Positions 8,986-19,786 of a DNA stretch of 64,000 nucleotides are shown in pieces. The number at the start of each line of letters is the position of its first letter. The first letter of the stretch is position 1. A model generated the notes under the pieces. It was not told the origin of the DNA. It saw nothing but the letters and a program-made list of their open reading frames with translations, and ran no database searches. Source of the DNA: Savitreella phatthalungensis (Eukaryota); NCBI GenBank assembly GCA_051599415.1, contig AP039694.1, positions 186,001 through 250,000 of the forward strand, written 5' to 3'. A program made the position numbers and the translations under genes.

Positions 8986-11954
8986 TCATTTCGATTGAAC
9001 GCCATATGATGAGAGAAGATGCTGTGCATCTTGAGGTAACGCGCCAAGGCGTTGTGCAATTTCTGTGGCAGTGGCTGGCTGCTGTAGTGCTGCTGCTGCG
9101 CGAGACGCTAGGTATGCTTTAGGGTCCGCTGTGTCTGCAAAGATGGGTCTCGCCGGAGGTCTAGCGGTGGACAGTTTCGCAAAGGATGCTTGGAAGCCAG
9201 GGCCGCCAGCCCCTGCTCCGGTACCAGAGTCGTCAAGATCCATCTGTAAGAGATCTTCTACACTCTCGCCTTTGCTCTCGATGGCGGGCAATTCCAAGAG
9301 CTTCAGCGAAGCTGTCATCGTCGCCTGCCATGCCTGAGGCGACAGCGAGTCCTGGCCACCAAACAGCATGTCCGTAAAGCCGACCGAAGCCGTCTGCACA
9401 TCTGTGGGTGTAACGAGCTTTTGAGCGTTGGGCAGAACGATTCCGCCGAGCAATTGTGGTAGTAGACCTTGCTGAACGCTATCAAGCGTGGTCGTGAGCC
9501 AATTGAGTCCCCGAAGGTGGACGACAAAGCAAAAGAAAACGATGAACCGGCTCGTGAACTTTTCAGTTCGGGAACTGTTAAGGCGCGTGAGCAGGAGTAC
9601 GAAGATCTGGTTGTTGTAAGGTCCGAGGGCGTCTTGCGGCAGAGCTGCATAACACGTCTCGATGAGCTGAAAGCCAAAGTGATCATTGGCACGTGAAGCG
9701 ATGAGCTGCTGGAAGACGCCGAGGATAGGCTCGACCAACTTTTCTGCGACGACAGTTTCTGATCCCTTGCGCACAAAGGCTTCGACTAAGCGGACGAGCG
9801 CGGGCACATTGCCACGAGAATCCCAAAGCGTTGGCGTCAGTATCGGCCGCAGCAGCTGTGCGTGCGAAGGTGGCAGTCCATGACCTTGGTGTAGCTCGAG
9901 CAGCTGAGCCAGCAGTTGAAAAGCATAAGGAATGAACTCCGTCACGTCGTTGGACAAGAGAGCAAGCAATGGCGGGCAGAGAATCGACTGTAGTTGAGCA
10001 ACAGCGTCTTGTGAGATGCTGCCAACGAACTTGACAATTGCGCCGATGCTCTCAAATAGATAGTGGTTGAATTGCGGATTGCTCGGATTCTTGCTGACCT
10101 CGGTCAAAATCCGGGTGAGGTGGTCGAGAACGAGCTGAGTGGCTGGAGCAATGAGCTCTGCGCTGGCCACGATCGTTCGCATGACACAACGCATCAAGAA
10201 ATCATTCTCAGCCAATTTCTCTGGCGTGGATGCCTTCTCGATCAATCCAAACAGATTGGACAGCAGCTGCTCGGCCAGTGGAGCGACGTCTTGCTTTGTG
10301 AAAAGAGGCTGACCGTCACGCTTGATCGTAAGTAGGGCATCGACTGTGACGGCAGCGTATGTGTACACCACATACGATGGATGAGTTAGGTGTTTGGCGA
10401 GGAGTGGGAATGCACCACTGATCTGCTGCTTTGTGAGCTGATTGCGAAATGTGTGAATGTATTTAATAGCGTCGACCTTGAGGATCGGGTGACGAGCTTC
10501 CGGGGCAGCTTGCAAGTCTGGAAGCACGCTTGTGTTGAAGAAGTCCACCACATCGACGAGCAGATTCGTCGAAGTCACCCCTACGCGTGAGGCGTAACCT
10601 TTGACTGCAACACTGGACACGAGGTACATAGCAGTGTCTTTGTCGCGCCATGCGGACGTGTCGGCAGCGTATTTGTCAAGATAGTGCTTCACGTAGCTTA
10701 GGACAATGCCTGTCACTTTTGCCTCAAACTTCTCAACAAGAGCTCTCACGAATTCGCTTGCAGCTCGTCTGCGGGTGTCGCTGTCTGAACCCTCCAGATC
10801 TCTCCGAATAAACTCGATCGGGTCGTCTTCAAACAGTTCTTCGTCAGCTTCGCGCAGGGACATATTAGGTAGCACGATGAGTTCGATGAACTGTCGCTGG
10901 ATGTCGTCCGAACTGAAGAGGTGGGCATGCCGCTCGATTCGCACAACCGAAGTCAGGAAGCCGAGTGCTTTACTGGCCAAGATGTCGTTTTTTGGCTCCT
11001 GAGACAACTGTGTCAGAAGTGTCCAAGTCGTGTTCACAAATTCGCTCAGCATGGTGAAGACTTCCTCGTAGCGCTGGGTGTAGAGTGCGACAATCTCGCA
11101 AATGCTAGCTTTCAGCCTTTGCAACACGCCAGCCTGTGACACTTCATCCTGTGGATCCACAAGCGGACTCGCAAATGTGAGGTATTTGTGAAAGACGTCC
11201 ATGAAGTTTGCCAGATGATCTTCGAAGAACTCTGGAATGTCTTGACAATTGAGGTCAAAGAAGACCTTCGTAAGAAGGAGCATCTGTTGACAGGAAGCTT
11301 CAAGTGCACGTGCGTCGCCATGTTGAGCTGCCTGTGCCACCTGTGCATCTGCGTGCTGGACAAGAGCTAGGTATGGTTGACAGAATCGATCGAGCACAAA
11401 CTTGATCTCGAGAAAGAGTGAGTCTGACCTGAATTGAGCTCTCCAGCGCTTGAAGATGGAATGCGCAGTTTGAAGCACTGCGTTGGTGGCAGCTGTATCG
11501 TTTGGGTTGATGTGCCGGACGAGGTCATCGATCAGACCTTCCCATTTGGCTGGAAAGTCTGTACTGGCGATCGTTGTTACGGCTTCTCCGACCTGGATCT
11601 GGAGAGATGGTGGCATTTTCGTCATGAAACCGACGATGTTGTCCTTGACGAGCTGCCGATCTGCAGGTGGCACTCTGTTATCCACATCGTCTTCTGCCCA
11701 ATTGCGTCTGATGTAGTTTTTGAAGAAAAGTGCTGCAGCCTGACGGGTTGGTAGATCAGTACCATCGTCAGAGACGATCTGCAAGAGTTGCGTAGCGAAT
11801 CCCTGTCCTGTTTCTGCCTGTTTGAGGGCAGATTCAGCTGGATAGTCAGTACGTGAGATTCTTCATTGAAGATATGATGAGTTCATGACTTACCCTGTTT
11901 CGAGAGGGAGGGATCCAGTGTCTGCCTGAGCAGCGTGACGACGGAGTCAGTCAT
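8986..11954 (-). CDS. CSE1: Importin-alpha re-exporter / exportin-2; two exons (11954-11894, 11837-8986)
   Basis: AALFFKNYIRRNW, DLNCQDIPEFFED, ELFEDDPIEFIRRDLEGSDSDTRRRAA, KNPSNPQFNHYLFE. A 56-nt intron at 11838-11893 (GTAAGT...ACTGAC...CAG) joins the start MTDSVVTLLRQTLDPSLSKQ in frame. Confidence 0.96.
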
Positions 11955-12706
11955 GCTGTATCAGCAATTGAGACGGTGGATCAGAAGAGGGACGATGAAT
12001 CTCTAGCAGCTAGTCCCTGCTTTTCCAAAAGTGGATGTGGATACCGATTGAAAGACCTGAAGATGACTTGGAAGATGCAGATCAGCTGGACATCCGTGCA
12101 GTTGCGCGATTGACAAGCAGGAGATGTATTAGCAGCTAGTAGGCTGTACTCGATCTATTACTCGGCCTGTTTATGCTGCCCGACGCAAATGTGAGCACGT
12201 ATAACACGCACTGGAAGGTCCAGATAAATAGATTGATAGTTGTGTATACTTAGGTCACCAGTATGTAGGGTATTTGGTTATGCATGCTGCATCTGTTAAA
12301 AAATGTTGTCAAATGATGCACGCGTTGCCATCTGACACACACGAGCGAGAAGAGAAGGGAGAAGAGAAGAGAGAAAAGGCAGTCTGGACTGAGATGGAAC
12401 TTCTTGCACGAGATGCAGACGGGAGCGCATAAAATTTCATGCATTCACGTCTTCATCAATCAAGCAAGATGCACGCGCATGAATGACGTTTGAATTGTTT
12501 GATCCATCGAGATAAGAGAATTCTACCACACAATCGTACAACCCTTTTACTTTCCAATTATCGCGATATTCTATAGCAAGATCAGACCTGGCCAATAACT
12601 TATAGCTTATCAGACTATATAGAGCTAATAAGTTACTGAATCTGAGTAGATTTGAGCTGTAATTTATATATGGGTGAATGCTCATTCCAAGCCATGGATG
12701 CATATA

Positions 12707-12738
12707 AAGTCGCTACACCTAGAATTGATCACCTTTAA
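12707..12738 (+). repeat. Left TIR AAGTCGCTACACCTAGAATTGATCACCTTTAA
   Basis: Reverse complement of 14595-14626 is AAGTCGAAACACCTAATATTGATCACCTTTAA, 4 mismatches. Confidence 0.9.
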
Positions 12739-12750
12739 GATTAATCAATT

Positions 12751-14517
12751 TCACACACGTTTTTTTTGTCGCCTCCTCGAAGGCACCTTCTCCGTAGATT
12801 GCTCGCTATTCGATGGAATCACCAGCGCTAGCTCTGAAAGTAAGGTAGCTTGGTCCTGTGCCTCTATCCATGCTCTAGGCTCGATTTTAGCAGCCCTCGC
12901 CTTTGCTGCGATCCAGTGCCACCTCATATCTGTGTAGTCTTCGCCGAGCAGTCCTTTTAGCCAGTCCACTCCTCTAGCCAGCTGCTGTGCCTTGAAGGCT
13001 GCCCTAGGACGCGAGGCCTTGGCCTGCAGGGCTGCTATAGTCTCGTCCCTATCGGCGATCATGAACTGGAGCTGTTCTGCAGCAGTCTTCAGTTCATCAA
13101 TGAGGCGATCTTTTCGCGCATTCTCTGCGAGTGCTAGCTCTAGCACCTCGTATCTCTCTTTTCCAGCTGCCTGCAGTGTCGCGCGTGTCGCTTTGACCAT
13201 TTTCGGCAGTGTATTGGCTGCATTGGTGGTCAGGGTGGCCAAGGCAGGCCTTTCTGGCCTTTTCGCAGCTTCCGAGGCAGATTCGACTGAATTGTTGTAA
13301 GAGAGCAGGCTTCGGCGCACTGCCTGTGGATCATAGGGCCAGATACCGCCTTGCCTGAAGCCTGAGGTGATGTTCTGCCGCGTCAGCGCCTTGCCCCAGG
13401 CGCCTAGAAAGATCGAGATGAATTCTTCGCGTCCCCAGGGCCTGCCTGCTAGCCTGTGGCTAAGAACCCTTACTGCCTGCCCATAGTAGTTCTTCAGAGG
13501 CGAGAATACAGCTAGGTCGAGCGGCTGTGTGAGGTGGGAGCTGTGAGCAGGCAGGTAGACGAGTTTGACGCCATTTTTCGCGCATTCGTACATGACCTCG
13601 TGGGTGGCGTGGGCGCAGGCGCCATTGATCACTAGGACGCGCGTCCTCGGTGGATCTCGTGCTGTGGCAGGCAGGAAGACCTCCTGCAGCCACTGGACGA
13701 TCAACTGCGAGGTTAGAAAGCCATTCTTCGAATGAAACACGCGTACAGCGTTTCCAGGCGTGCCTAGGTACTTTGCCTCGTCAGGAGGCGCCAGCCCAGC
13801 CTCCACAGCCTTTCCACAGGCCTCCCTCTTCGCCTGAGTGCGCCTGAACACCAGAACTGGTTGTAAATGGGCACCTGCAGCAGAAACACAGGCCATACAG
13901 CTGACTGTTTCGCGATCTCCATTGTCTGCTGCCACAGCGCGCTTCTTACCCTTCTGCTGCAGCGGAATCACCACCTGGGAGGACTGGGAACGGCCCATCA
14001 TGAGGCCAGATTCGTCAGCATTCCAGATATCCTCAGGCAGGATCGCTTCCTCTCGAAGATAGGCGCCTAGGATCTTGAAATAGGCGTCCACAGTGGCTGA
14101 ATCCACCGCGTACATGCGGCTGTGGTCGATGCGATTGCTGCGCACTGTGTGGATGTCAGGATGGCGTAATTTGAAGGAAGGAAACCAGCGCATTCCGAGG
14201 TGCACTGTGCTGCCGCGAGATTCGAAAAATTTGTCTGCTAGGCTAGTGACCTCCATAGGAGTCATAGGATAGCCTACTGCAGCCCTTCTGTGCAGCATCT
14301 CTACTATGGCCTTCTCCTGTGTTTCCGTCAGCTTTTGGCGCTCTCTGGCGGCCTCTGAGGCAGTCCTATTGCCATTCTGCAGCCGATGCCTCAAAGTAGA
14401 GGGTGAAACGCTGTATTCTGCTGCAGCATCACGGAGAGACGGTTTTTTGCCGTCTCTTCGAGCAGCGTAGTGGTTCAAGGCTGCCTGGAGGCAGGCCTCA
14501 CGGCAGAGCGCGTCCAT
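12751..14517 (-). CDS. pogo/Fot1 transposase (psq-type HTH, Tc5/CENP-B HTH, DDE_1); second catalytic Asp replaced by Asn
   Basis: SLRDAAAEYSVSPSTLRHRL, LGMRWFPSFKLRHP, IWNADESG, LVINGACAH, LPAHSSHLTQPLDLAVFSPLK, and a basic C-terminal NLS-like tail. Confidence 0.93.
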   Translation of the reverse strand: MDALCREACLQAALNHYAARRDGKKPSLRDAAAEYSVSPSTLRHRLQNGNRTASEAARERQKLTETQEKAIVEMLHRRAAVGYPMTPMEVTSLADKFFESRGSTVHLGMRWFPSFKLRHPDIHTVRSNRIDHSRMYAVDSATVDAYFKILGAYLREEAILPEDIWNADESGLMMGRSQSSQVVIPLQQKGKKRAVAADNGDRETVSCMACVSAAGAHLQPVLVFRRTQAKREACGKAVEAGLAPPDEAKYLGTPGNAVRVFHSKNGFLTSQLIVQWLQEVFLPATARDPPRTRVLVINGACAHATHEVMYECAKNGVKLVYLPAHSSHLTQPLDLAVFSPLKNYYGQAVRVLSHRLAGRPWGREEFISIFLGAWGKALTRQNITSGFRQGGIWPYDPQAVRRSLLSYNNSVESASEAAKRPERPALATLTTNAANTLPKMVKATRATLQAAGKERYEVLELALAENARKDRLIDELKTAAEQLQFMIADRDETIAALQAKASRPRAAFKAQQLARGVDWLKGLLGEDYTDMRWHWIAAKARAAKIEPRAWIEAQDQATLLSELALVIPSNSEQSTEKVPSRRRQKKRV

Positions 14518-14594
14518 AGGCGCTAGGAGAGGCAGTAGGCTGTGTTGAAGGTAGGTGGTGACGTGTTCGACGCGTCTTTATTTTCTGCGCGAAG

Positions 14595-14626
14595 TTAAAG
14601 GTGATCAATATTAGGTGTTTCGACTT
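14595..14626 (-). repeat. Right TIR of the pogo element
   Basis: Inverted copy of 12707-12738, followed by TA. Confidence 0.9.
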
Positions 14627-15035
14627 TAATTTACATGGATATGCAGCTCCAGTATATGCTCGATCGGAGATAAAACGTTCTAAGCACGACCGAATTGACG
14701 AGAGAACCATTTCAAATTTGATTCAATTGATTCCATGGATTCAATTGATTCTTACAGGCGCACCGAGCCGCACCAAGCCACAGCACGTGTAAATTGTGCT
14801 TTGCAGCATTCTCTTATGACCACGAACGATATGCACTATAGGGATGTATACAGCATCCACTGTATACAGCATACTGTACAAGACAAAGCATGCACTCTAG
14901 ACTGGAGTACTGAATACTAACCAGTCCACACAATCACAGATCTACACTGATACACTCCGTCCATTTAGCCTCCTGTCGATGATCATGCCAATCTGAAGGG
15001 CTTGCGCGAGTCATGTACGCTTCTGACACGTCTAC

Positions 15036-18000
15036 ATGAGTAACATTCGCTCGCTCTTCCGGGGCATTCAAGCCTTGGATGTTCGAGCCAAGGACAATGA
15101 TCCAAAGGCAAAGTACGAGCGCTACATAGCACGTCTTCGCAACCCACTTAATCTGAGTGAATCAGTCGCAACCTGCCGCAAACTAGTCAACTGGATCGAG
15201 CACTATCAGCTTGGTAATCCAGCAGAGCCATGGATTGCTTGCAGAAGACTCGCAGATGCAAAGATGCCGAACGAAGCTAGAGTTGCAGCAGCCGCACTCC
15301 TAAGGGCTTGTCTTGAGGCACAAACAAATCTTTCCGTTGTCAGTCGTCTAGGATTTTTCCACGACATCCAGCACCTCTTCCTCGAACCAGATGACCTCGA
15401 CATCAAGGTGGACTCCCTCCGCGCCCTCACAAAGCAAGGCAGGGATGTCACAGGTTTTGAGGGGCAGATTTGCAGCGTCTGCGCAGGCTGGCTTAACAGC
15501 TACCTTGACCAGCTCAACGTTCGAAAGCACGTCCTGCGACGTTCCAAGGTGCTCGAGCCCAGCCAACGTCACCGAGAGCTTCAAGATCTCCTCTATTTCA
15601 TCACAGACCTGGCAAAGATTCACTTCATCGTCCTCAATGAGCAAGATGTCCGTACGCTCGTGGAGCAAGTTGTTTCCGTATGCAAGCGCACCAGCGACCT
15701 GGCAGATATCCAGGCAGCCATGAACTTTTTCGATGCGACTATCAGGTACGGCTACATACCGCTCGAGATCCTGCCGGAAGTCGTCTCAGTGCTTTGCTCT
15801 GTTTATAAAAGTCTGACAGAGTTGGAAACCCCTGCATTCAGCATCTTCCAGAAGCTGCTGCAGAGCCACATGTCCCAGTCCGGCCTACGCTGTCTGCAGG
15901 CAATCATATCGGGCAAGCGTAACGTACATGAGGATGTCGTTGCTGGAGCCTTGAGCATGACTCTAGCTCTCAAGTCAGAAAGTACCTCTGATAGCTCCTT
16001 CGACATGTCCACGTATACGCTTTTGACGTCTCTTCAAGCAGGCGTCGACGCGCGCGAATCTAGAGAAGGCAGGAATTTGGCAGTTCTCGACGTCACATAT
16101 GCTAAGGCCACAGTCAAGGTCGTCCAGCTTCAGCAGAATCAGTCGCCCTTGACGTACGAAGACTGGGATCCACCGCTCAACATATTTTCGACCGTATGCC
16201 GATCATTGGCAATCACTGAGGTTGTGCCAAGGCTGGTTGAAACGCTGAGCGAGTTCTTGCGCTGGGCTGACGATGAGGTGGTTCAAAAGCGTTTCCACGG
16301 TTCACTCGCCGGCCTCGCCGAGCTGCGGTCGTATCTGGCACCTTATCTCGATCAGACAGCCAGCCTAGGCTACCTTGACTACTGTGCTGGCGAACTCATG
16401 TGCTTCCCAAGCGACAGCGGCTGGCTCAACACGATCAAACGAATTGGCGGTCTTTACCTTGTTCCGCGAACATCTCCAGAAGCCGTGCGAGTGAAAACCT
16501 TGCAGCACTTCAGGGAGGTCCTAGCATTGGCGCCAAGTGTGTCAGACAACATCGACGAATTGCACAATATCCTTCTTGAGCAGCTCGAAGACGTTGCTCA
16601 GGAACCAGATAATGAACTCACGGCCATGGCAGTTGCTGTCGTCACAGATGTCGCCCTTGACTCATCTGGAGAGACTTTTGCGAGAGCTGTGGCTGCACTA
16701 CAGTCCTTCTGTGCCCTGCCGAGAGAACTTCGACCATCGTCGGCCTCCAGTCCTCCTCCTTCTGCAACGATGCTTGGGTCAAGGCGAGCTTCCGTCGAGT
16801 CGGTTACTTCTTTCTCTTCTGTCTTCACTCGACAATCAGCTCGCGCCAAGCAAGTACCACCACAAGTGACTACAAATTCCATGACTCGTCCAAACAGTCC
16901 GAAGGTCGTCAGTGTTGCGCCGAGCAGACACGTGAGCTTATCGGCTACTCATGGCAGTAGCCCAGCAGGCGAACCTCTGGACCGCGAGCTTGCGCGATCT
17001 TCCGGCAAGTCACTTGTCAGGGTATTCCTCGATCGCTTTCGAAAAGCACCCGACGGTGACATGCATGCGCTCTTTAGTTGCTTGATCAATGTCGCGTCCT
17101 CAGACGACCACTTTGTGTCTGCCCGACTAGAGATTCTCTCTCTGCTCGGTCGCCTGCGAGCGGACTCTTCCTACATGCTTTACTGCGATATGCCACCAGG
17201 AGAAGCATCCGCAGGAGCAGCATACGATGCGCCGCTCTCGTCATACACCTGCTTGCCCAATGATGTGTCCATCGGCGAGGATAATTTCACATCCCTGCCT
17301 GTGGATAGGTGGCTTGCGTGCCTGACAGAGCTCTTGCACACAGAGCGGCTGTGGTCTGCGCTCTCGGCAGTACATGATATCCTGCTGGAGCAGCTCACCA
17401 ATCGACACTTGTTCGAGAAGTTTGATGACAATCTACAAGATCTCAGACTTGTCCTGTGTGATCAACTGAACAACCAGCGTCTTCCTGTTGCTCAGCTACC
17501 ACCGGATTTCAAGCGCGAGGACGTAGTCGCGAGGCTAGTTCCCATTATGACTTCGCTTGTTGGCTACCACACGCTCTTCACCAAAGCACAGGAGGACGAA
17601 ATCGTTGGTGCACTTCAGAACACCTTGATGCGTTATCAAAAAGCCAGTCCAGCGTGCATTCATGCACTCTTCGTCTGCTTCCATGAGATTCCTCTGTCGA
17701 CGAGCAAGGTCTTGTCAACAGTCTTATTACGGCTCTCCCAACTCATTACATCAACAAATGCCAGCGTCCATATCCTGGAACTCCTCAGTGCGCTTGCTCG
17801 ATCGCCAGACCAATACGTCAACTTCCGGGAGGAAGATTACCGCAGAGTCTTCGGTGTCGCCCTACAGCATATCCAGTATGCAAACGCAACCTCCCGAGAT
17901 GCTCTCGCAAGTGGTACAGTGGACCCATTGACGCAGCCGATGCCGGCGTACGTGCTTGGTCTGGCCTTTGATGTCGTCTATGCCTGGTTTCTGGCAGTGA

Positions 18001-19430
18001 AGCTGCCCCAGCGCAGTAGATATCTTCGGTGGATCGTGGACGGTTTGCTGGCCTCGGTCCCTGGCGAGAAGACCTTGGATCATCGTGGACAGGTATGCTA
18101 TGATTTCCTGGTACGCTTCTGCTATTCCAACGCTGAAATTCGCAACACTTCCACTGTCTTCACCGACTTCGAAGCCAGTGCATCCTCGTCCAAGACCTGG
18201 CTATACGGCAACGCAGTCATGACACTCAGAACCATGCACCTCAGCGGCCTCTCAGAGATCATCATTCGCCGACCGTCTGGCACAAACACCTTCCTTTGCA
18301 AGCCGTCCTCCGACTTCGAATCATTGAGTCTGCTGACCTCAGCTGATGCACAGACCATGGTTTCGGAACAAGAGCTCGTCGGTCCATACGAGATGCATCT
18401 CCGCAATGTGGTCTCCGGCGCTGAAGATGACGTGACATTCACGCCGAGCCACTTGCTACTGCAGCTGAGTGTCGTTCCTGAGCTGACAGAGAACGTCAAA
18501 CCGCTCTTGTTGAATGAGGATGATGCGGTGAGACGATCTCTCGCAACCTTCGATCGTATTCCAGTCGTCGACTTCCACAAGATTGGCGTCATATTCGTTG
18601 GGCGTGGTCAGACCAGCCAGCGAGATATCCTGAGTAACACGTTCGGCTCTACTGGCTTCGTTGAATTCTTGAGCGGCATGGGCGACCTCATTCGATTGAA
18701 GAACAACTCGAGCATCTACACTGGCGGTCTAGACACTTCGAACGACGAGGACGGCGAATTCGCTTATGCCCTCAAGGAGAAGATTTCTCAGATCATTCTC
18801 CACACAACCACACTCATGCCAAACCACCAATCCGACCCGGACTGTAATCGAAAGCTTGCTCATATCGGCAACGATTATGTCAATATTGTGTGGAATGCGT
18901 CAAACAGACCATTCGATCCGGAAACGATCAGGACTGACTTCAACTTCTGCTCTGTTGTGGTTGCTCCAGATGCGTATCAGGCTCGCGGTGGCAGTGAGTC
19001 CGGGGTGTGCGATTTCTATAAGGTCAAAGTGCTCTACAGACGTGGACTAGTGCCACTCGGACCGGCATGCGACTGGCGACTGATATCTCGCGCAAAGCTG
19101 CCACAGTACGTCCGCACTCTTGCAATGGCGTGCAATATTTGGGCACAGACCTTCACGACCAGATCGACTGTCAGCAACTGGACGCAGCGTCTGATCCAGA
19201 TCAAAAGAATCGAGGAACGAGCACGAGCCGCCCTGACACAGCAGCCACAGCAGCAGTCACAACAGCAGCAGCACCATCAAAGCCCGCATGACAAGCAACC
19301 ACATTTACAAGGACAGCATGAGAGGCAACAAAACCAGCATCTGTCGCAGACGCAACATCAGCATCAGCATCAACAACAAACTAACGACAATGACGCCAAT
19401 ACGGCCTATGACTTTGTATCTTACAACTAG
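15036..19430 (+). CDS. TSC2: Tuberin (TSC2), Rheb GAP
   Basis: 1464 aa with a HEAT-like N-terminus and tuberin domain. C-terminal Rap-GAP motifs FDRIPVVDFHKIGVIFVG, YTGGLD, HIGNDYVNIVW. Gln/His-rich tail. Confidence 0.93.
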   Translation: MSNIRSLFRGIQALDVRAKDNDPKAKYERYIARLRNPLNLSESVATCRKLVNWIEHYQLGNPAEPWIACRRLADAKMPNEARVAAAALLRACLEAQTNLSVVSRLGFFHDIQHLFLEPDDLDIKVDSLRALTKQGRDVTGFEGQICSVCAGWLNSYLDQLNVRKHVLRRSKVLEPSQRHRELQDLLYFITDLAKIHFIVLNEQDVRTLVEQVVSVCKRTSDLADIQAAMNFFDATIRYGYIPLEILPEVVSVLCSVYKSLTELETPAFSIFQKLLQSHMSQSGLRCLQAIISGKRNVHEDVVAGALSMTLALKSESTSDSSFDMSTYTLLTSLQAGVDARESREGRNLAVLDVTYAKATVKVVQLQQNQSPLTYEDWDPPLNIFSTVCRSLAITEVVPRLVETLSEFLRWADDEVVQKRFHGSLAGLAELRSYLAPYLDQTASLGYLDYCAGELMCFPSDSGWLNTIKRIGGLYLVPRTSPEAVRVKTLQHFREVLALAPSVSDNIDELHNILLEQLEDVAQEPDNELTAMAVAVVTDVALDSSGETFARAVAALQSFCALPRELRPSSASSPPPSATMLGSRRASVESVTSFSSVFTRQSARAKQVPPQVTTNSMTRPNSPKVVSVAPSRHVSLSATHGSSPAGEPLDRELARSSGKSLVRVFLDRFRKAPDGDMHALFSCLINVASSDDHFVSARLEILSLLGRLRADSSYMLYCDMPPGEASAGAAYDAPLSSYTCLPNDVSIGEDNFTSLPVDRWLACLTELLHTERLWSALSAVHDILLEQLTNRHLFEKFDDNLQDLRLVLCDQLNNQRLPVAQLPPDFKREDVVARLVPIMTSLVGYHTLFTKAQEDEIVGALQNTLMRYQKASPACIHALFVCFHEIPLSTSKVLSTVLLRLSQLITSTNASVHILELLSALARSPDQYVNFREEDYRRVFGVALQHIQYANATSRDALASGTVDPLTQPMPAYVLGLAFDVVYAWFLAVKLPQRSRYLRWIVDGLLASVPGEKTLDHRGQVCYDFLVRFCYSNAEIRNTSTVFTDFEASASSSKTWLYGNAVMTLRTMHLSGLSEIIIRRPSGTNTFLCKPSSDFESLSLLTSADAQTMVSEQELVGPYEMHLRNVVSGAEDDVTFTPSHLLLQLSVVPELTENVKPLLLNEDDAVRRSLATFDRIPVVDFHKIGVIFVGRGQTSQRDILSNTFGSTGFVEFLSGMGDLIRLKNNSSIYTGGLDTSNDEDGEFAYALKEKISQIILHTTTLMPNHQSDPDCNRKLAHIGNDYVNIVWNASNRPFDPETIRTDFNFCSVVVAPDAYQARGGSESGVCDFYKVKVLYRRGLVPLGPACDWRLISRAKLPQYVRTLAMACNIWAQTFTTRSTVSNWTQRLIQIKRIEERARAALTQQPQQQSQQQQHHQSPHDKQPHLQGQHERQQNQHLSQTQHQHQHQQQTNDNDANTAYDFVSYN

Positions 19431-19786
19431 TGCTTCGTACGCCGGAGGATGGGCTATCCCTTCGCTCCATCCACTGATGGATTCAACGCGTTCCTCATCC
19501 AAACCCGAGACCGGAGATGCGGCCTGCCTGAGGGACCGTCCTGCACACGTACGTACGAAGACTTTACAATTATGATTCCAATTCTTCAAATGACAATCAC
19601 GTGTTTTCGGTTTAGAGGCGCGTATGGTCTTGCGCGTGTCCACGTACGTACGCACTCACATATTGCTACGCACGTATGCACGTCGATAGAGCACACCAGA
19701 ACGTACAAGCACGTAGTTGAGCTCACGACGCACCCTCATCAACCCTGGAAGAGCCTATTGCAAGGGGTGAGAGGACCTGAGTAAGC

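Larger units (their letters stand above)
12707..14626 (-). mobile_element. Full-length pogo/Fot1-family (Tc1/mariner superfamily) DNA transposon, 1,920 bp
   Basis: 32-bp terminal inverted repeats at 12707-12738 and 14595-14626 (28/32 identical), each flanked by TA (12705-12706, 14627-14628), enclosing one transposase ORF. Confidence 0.93.

Noticed and set aside
12180..12704. AT-rich stretch left of the transposon as a possible solo LTR or MITE
   Set aside because: No matching TG...CA termini with a target-site duplication and no inverted termini were found.
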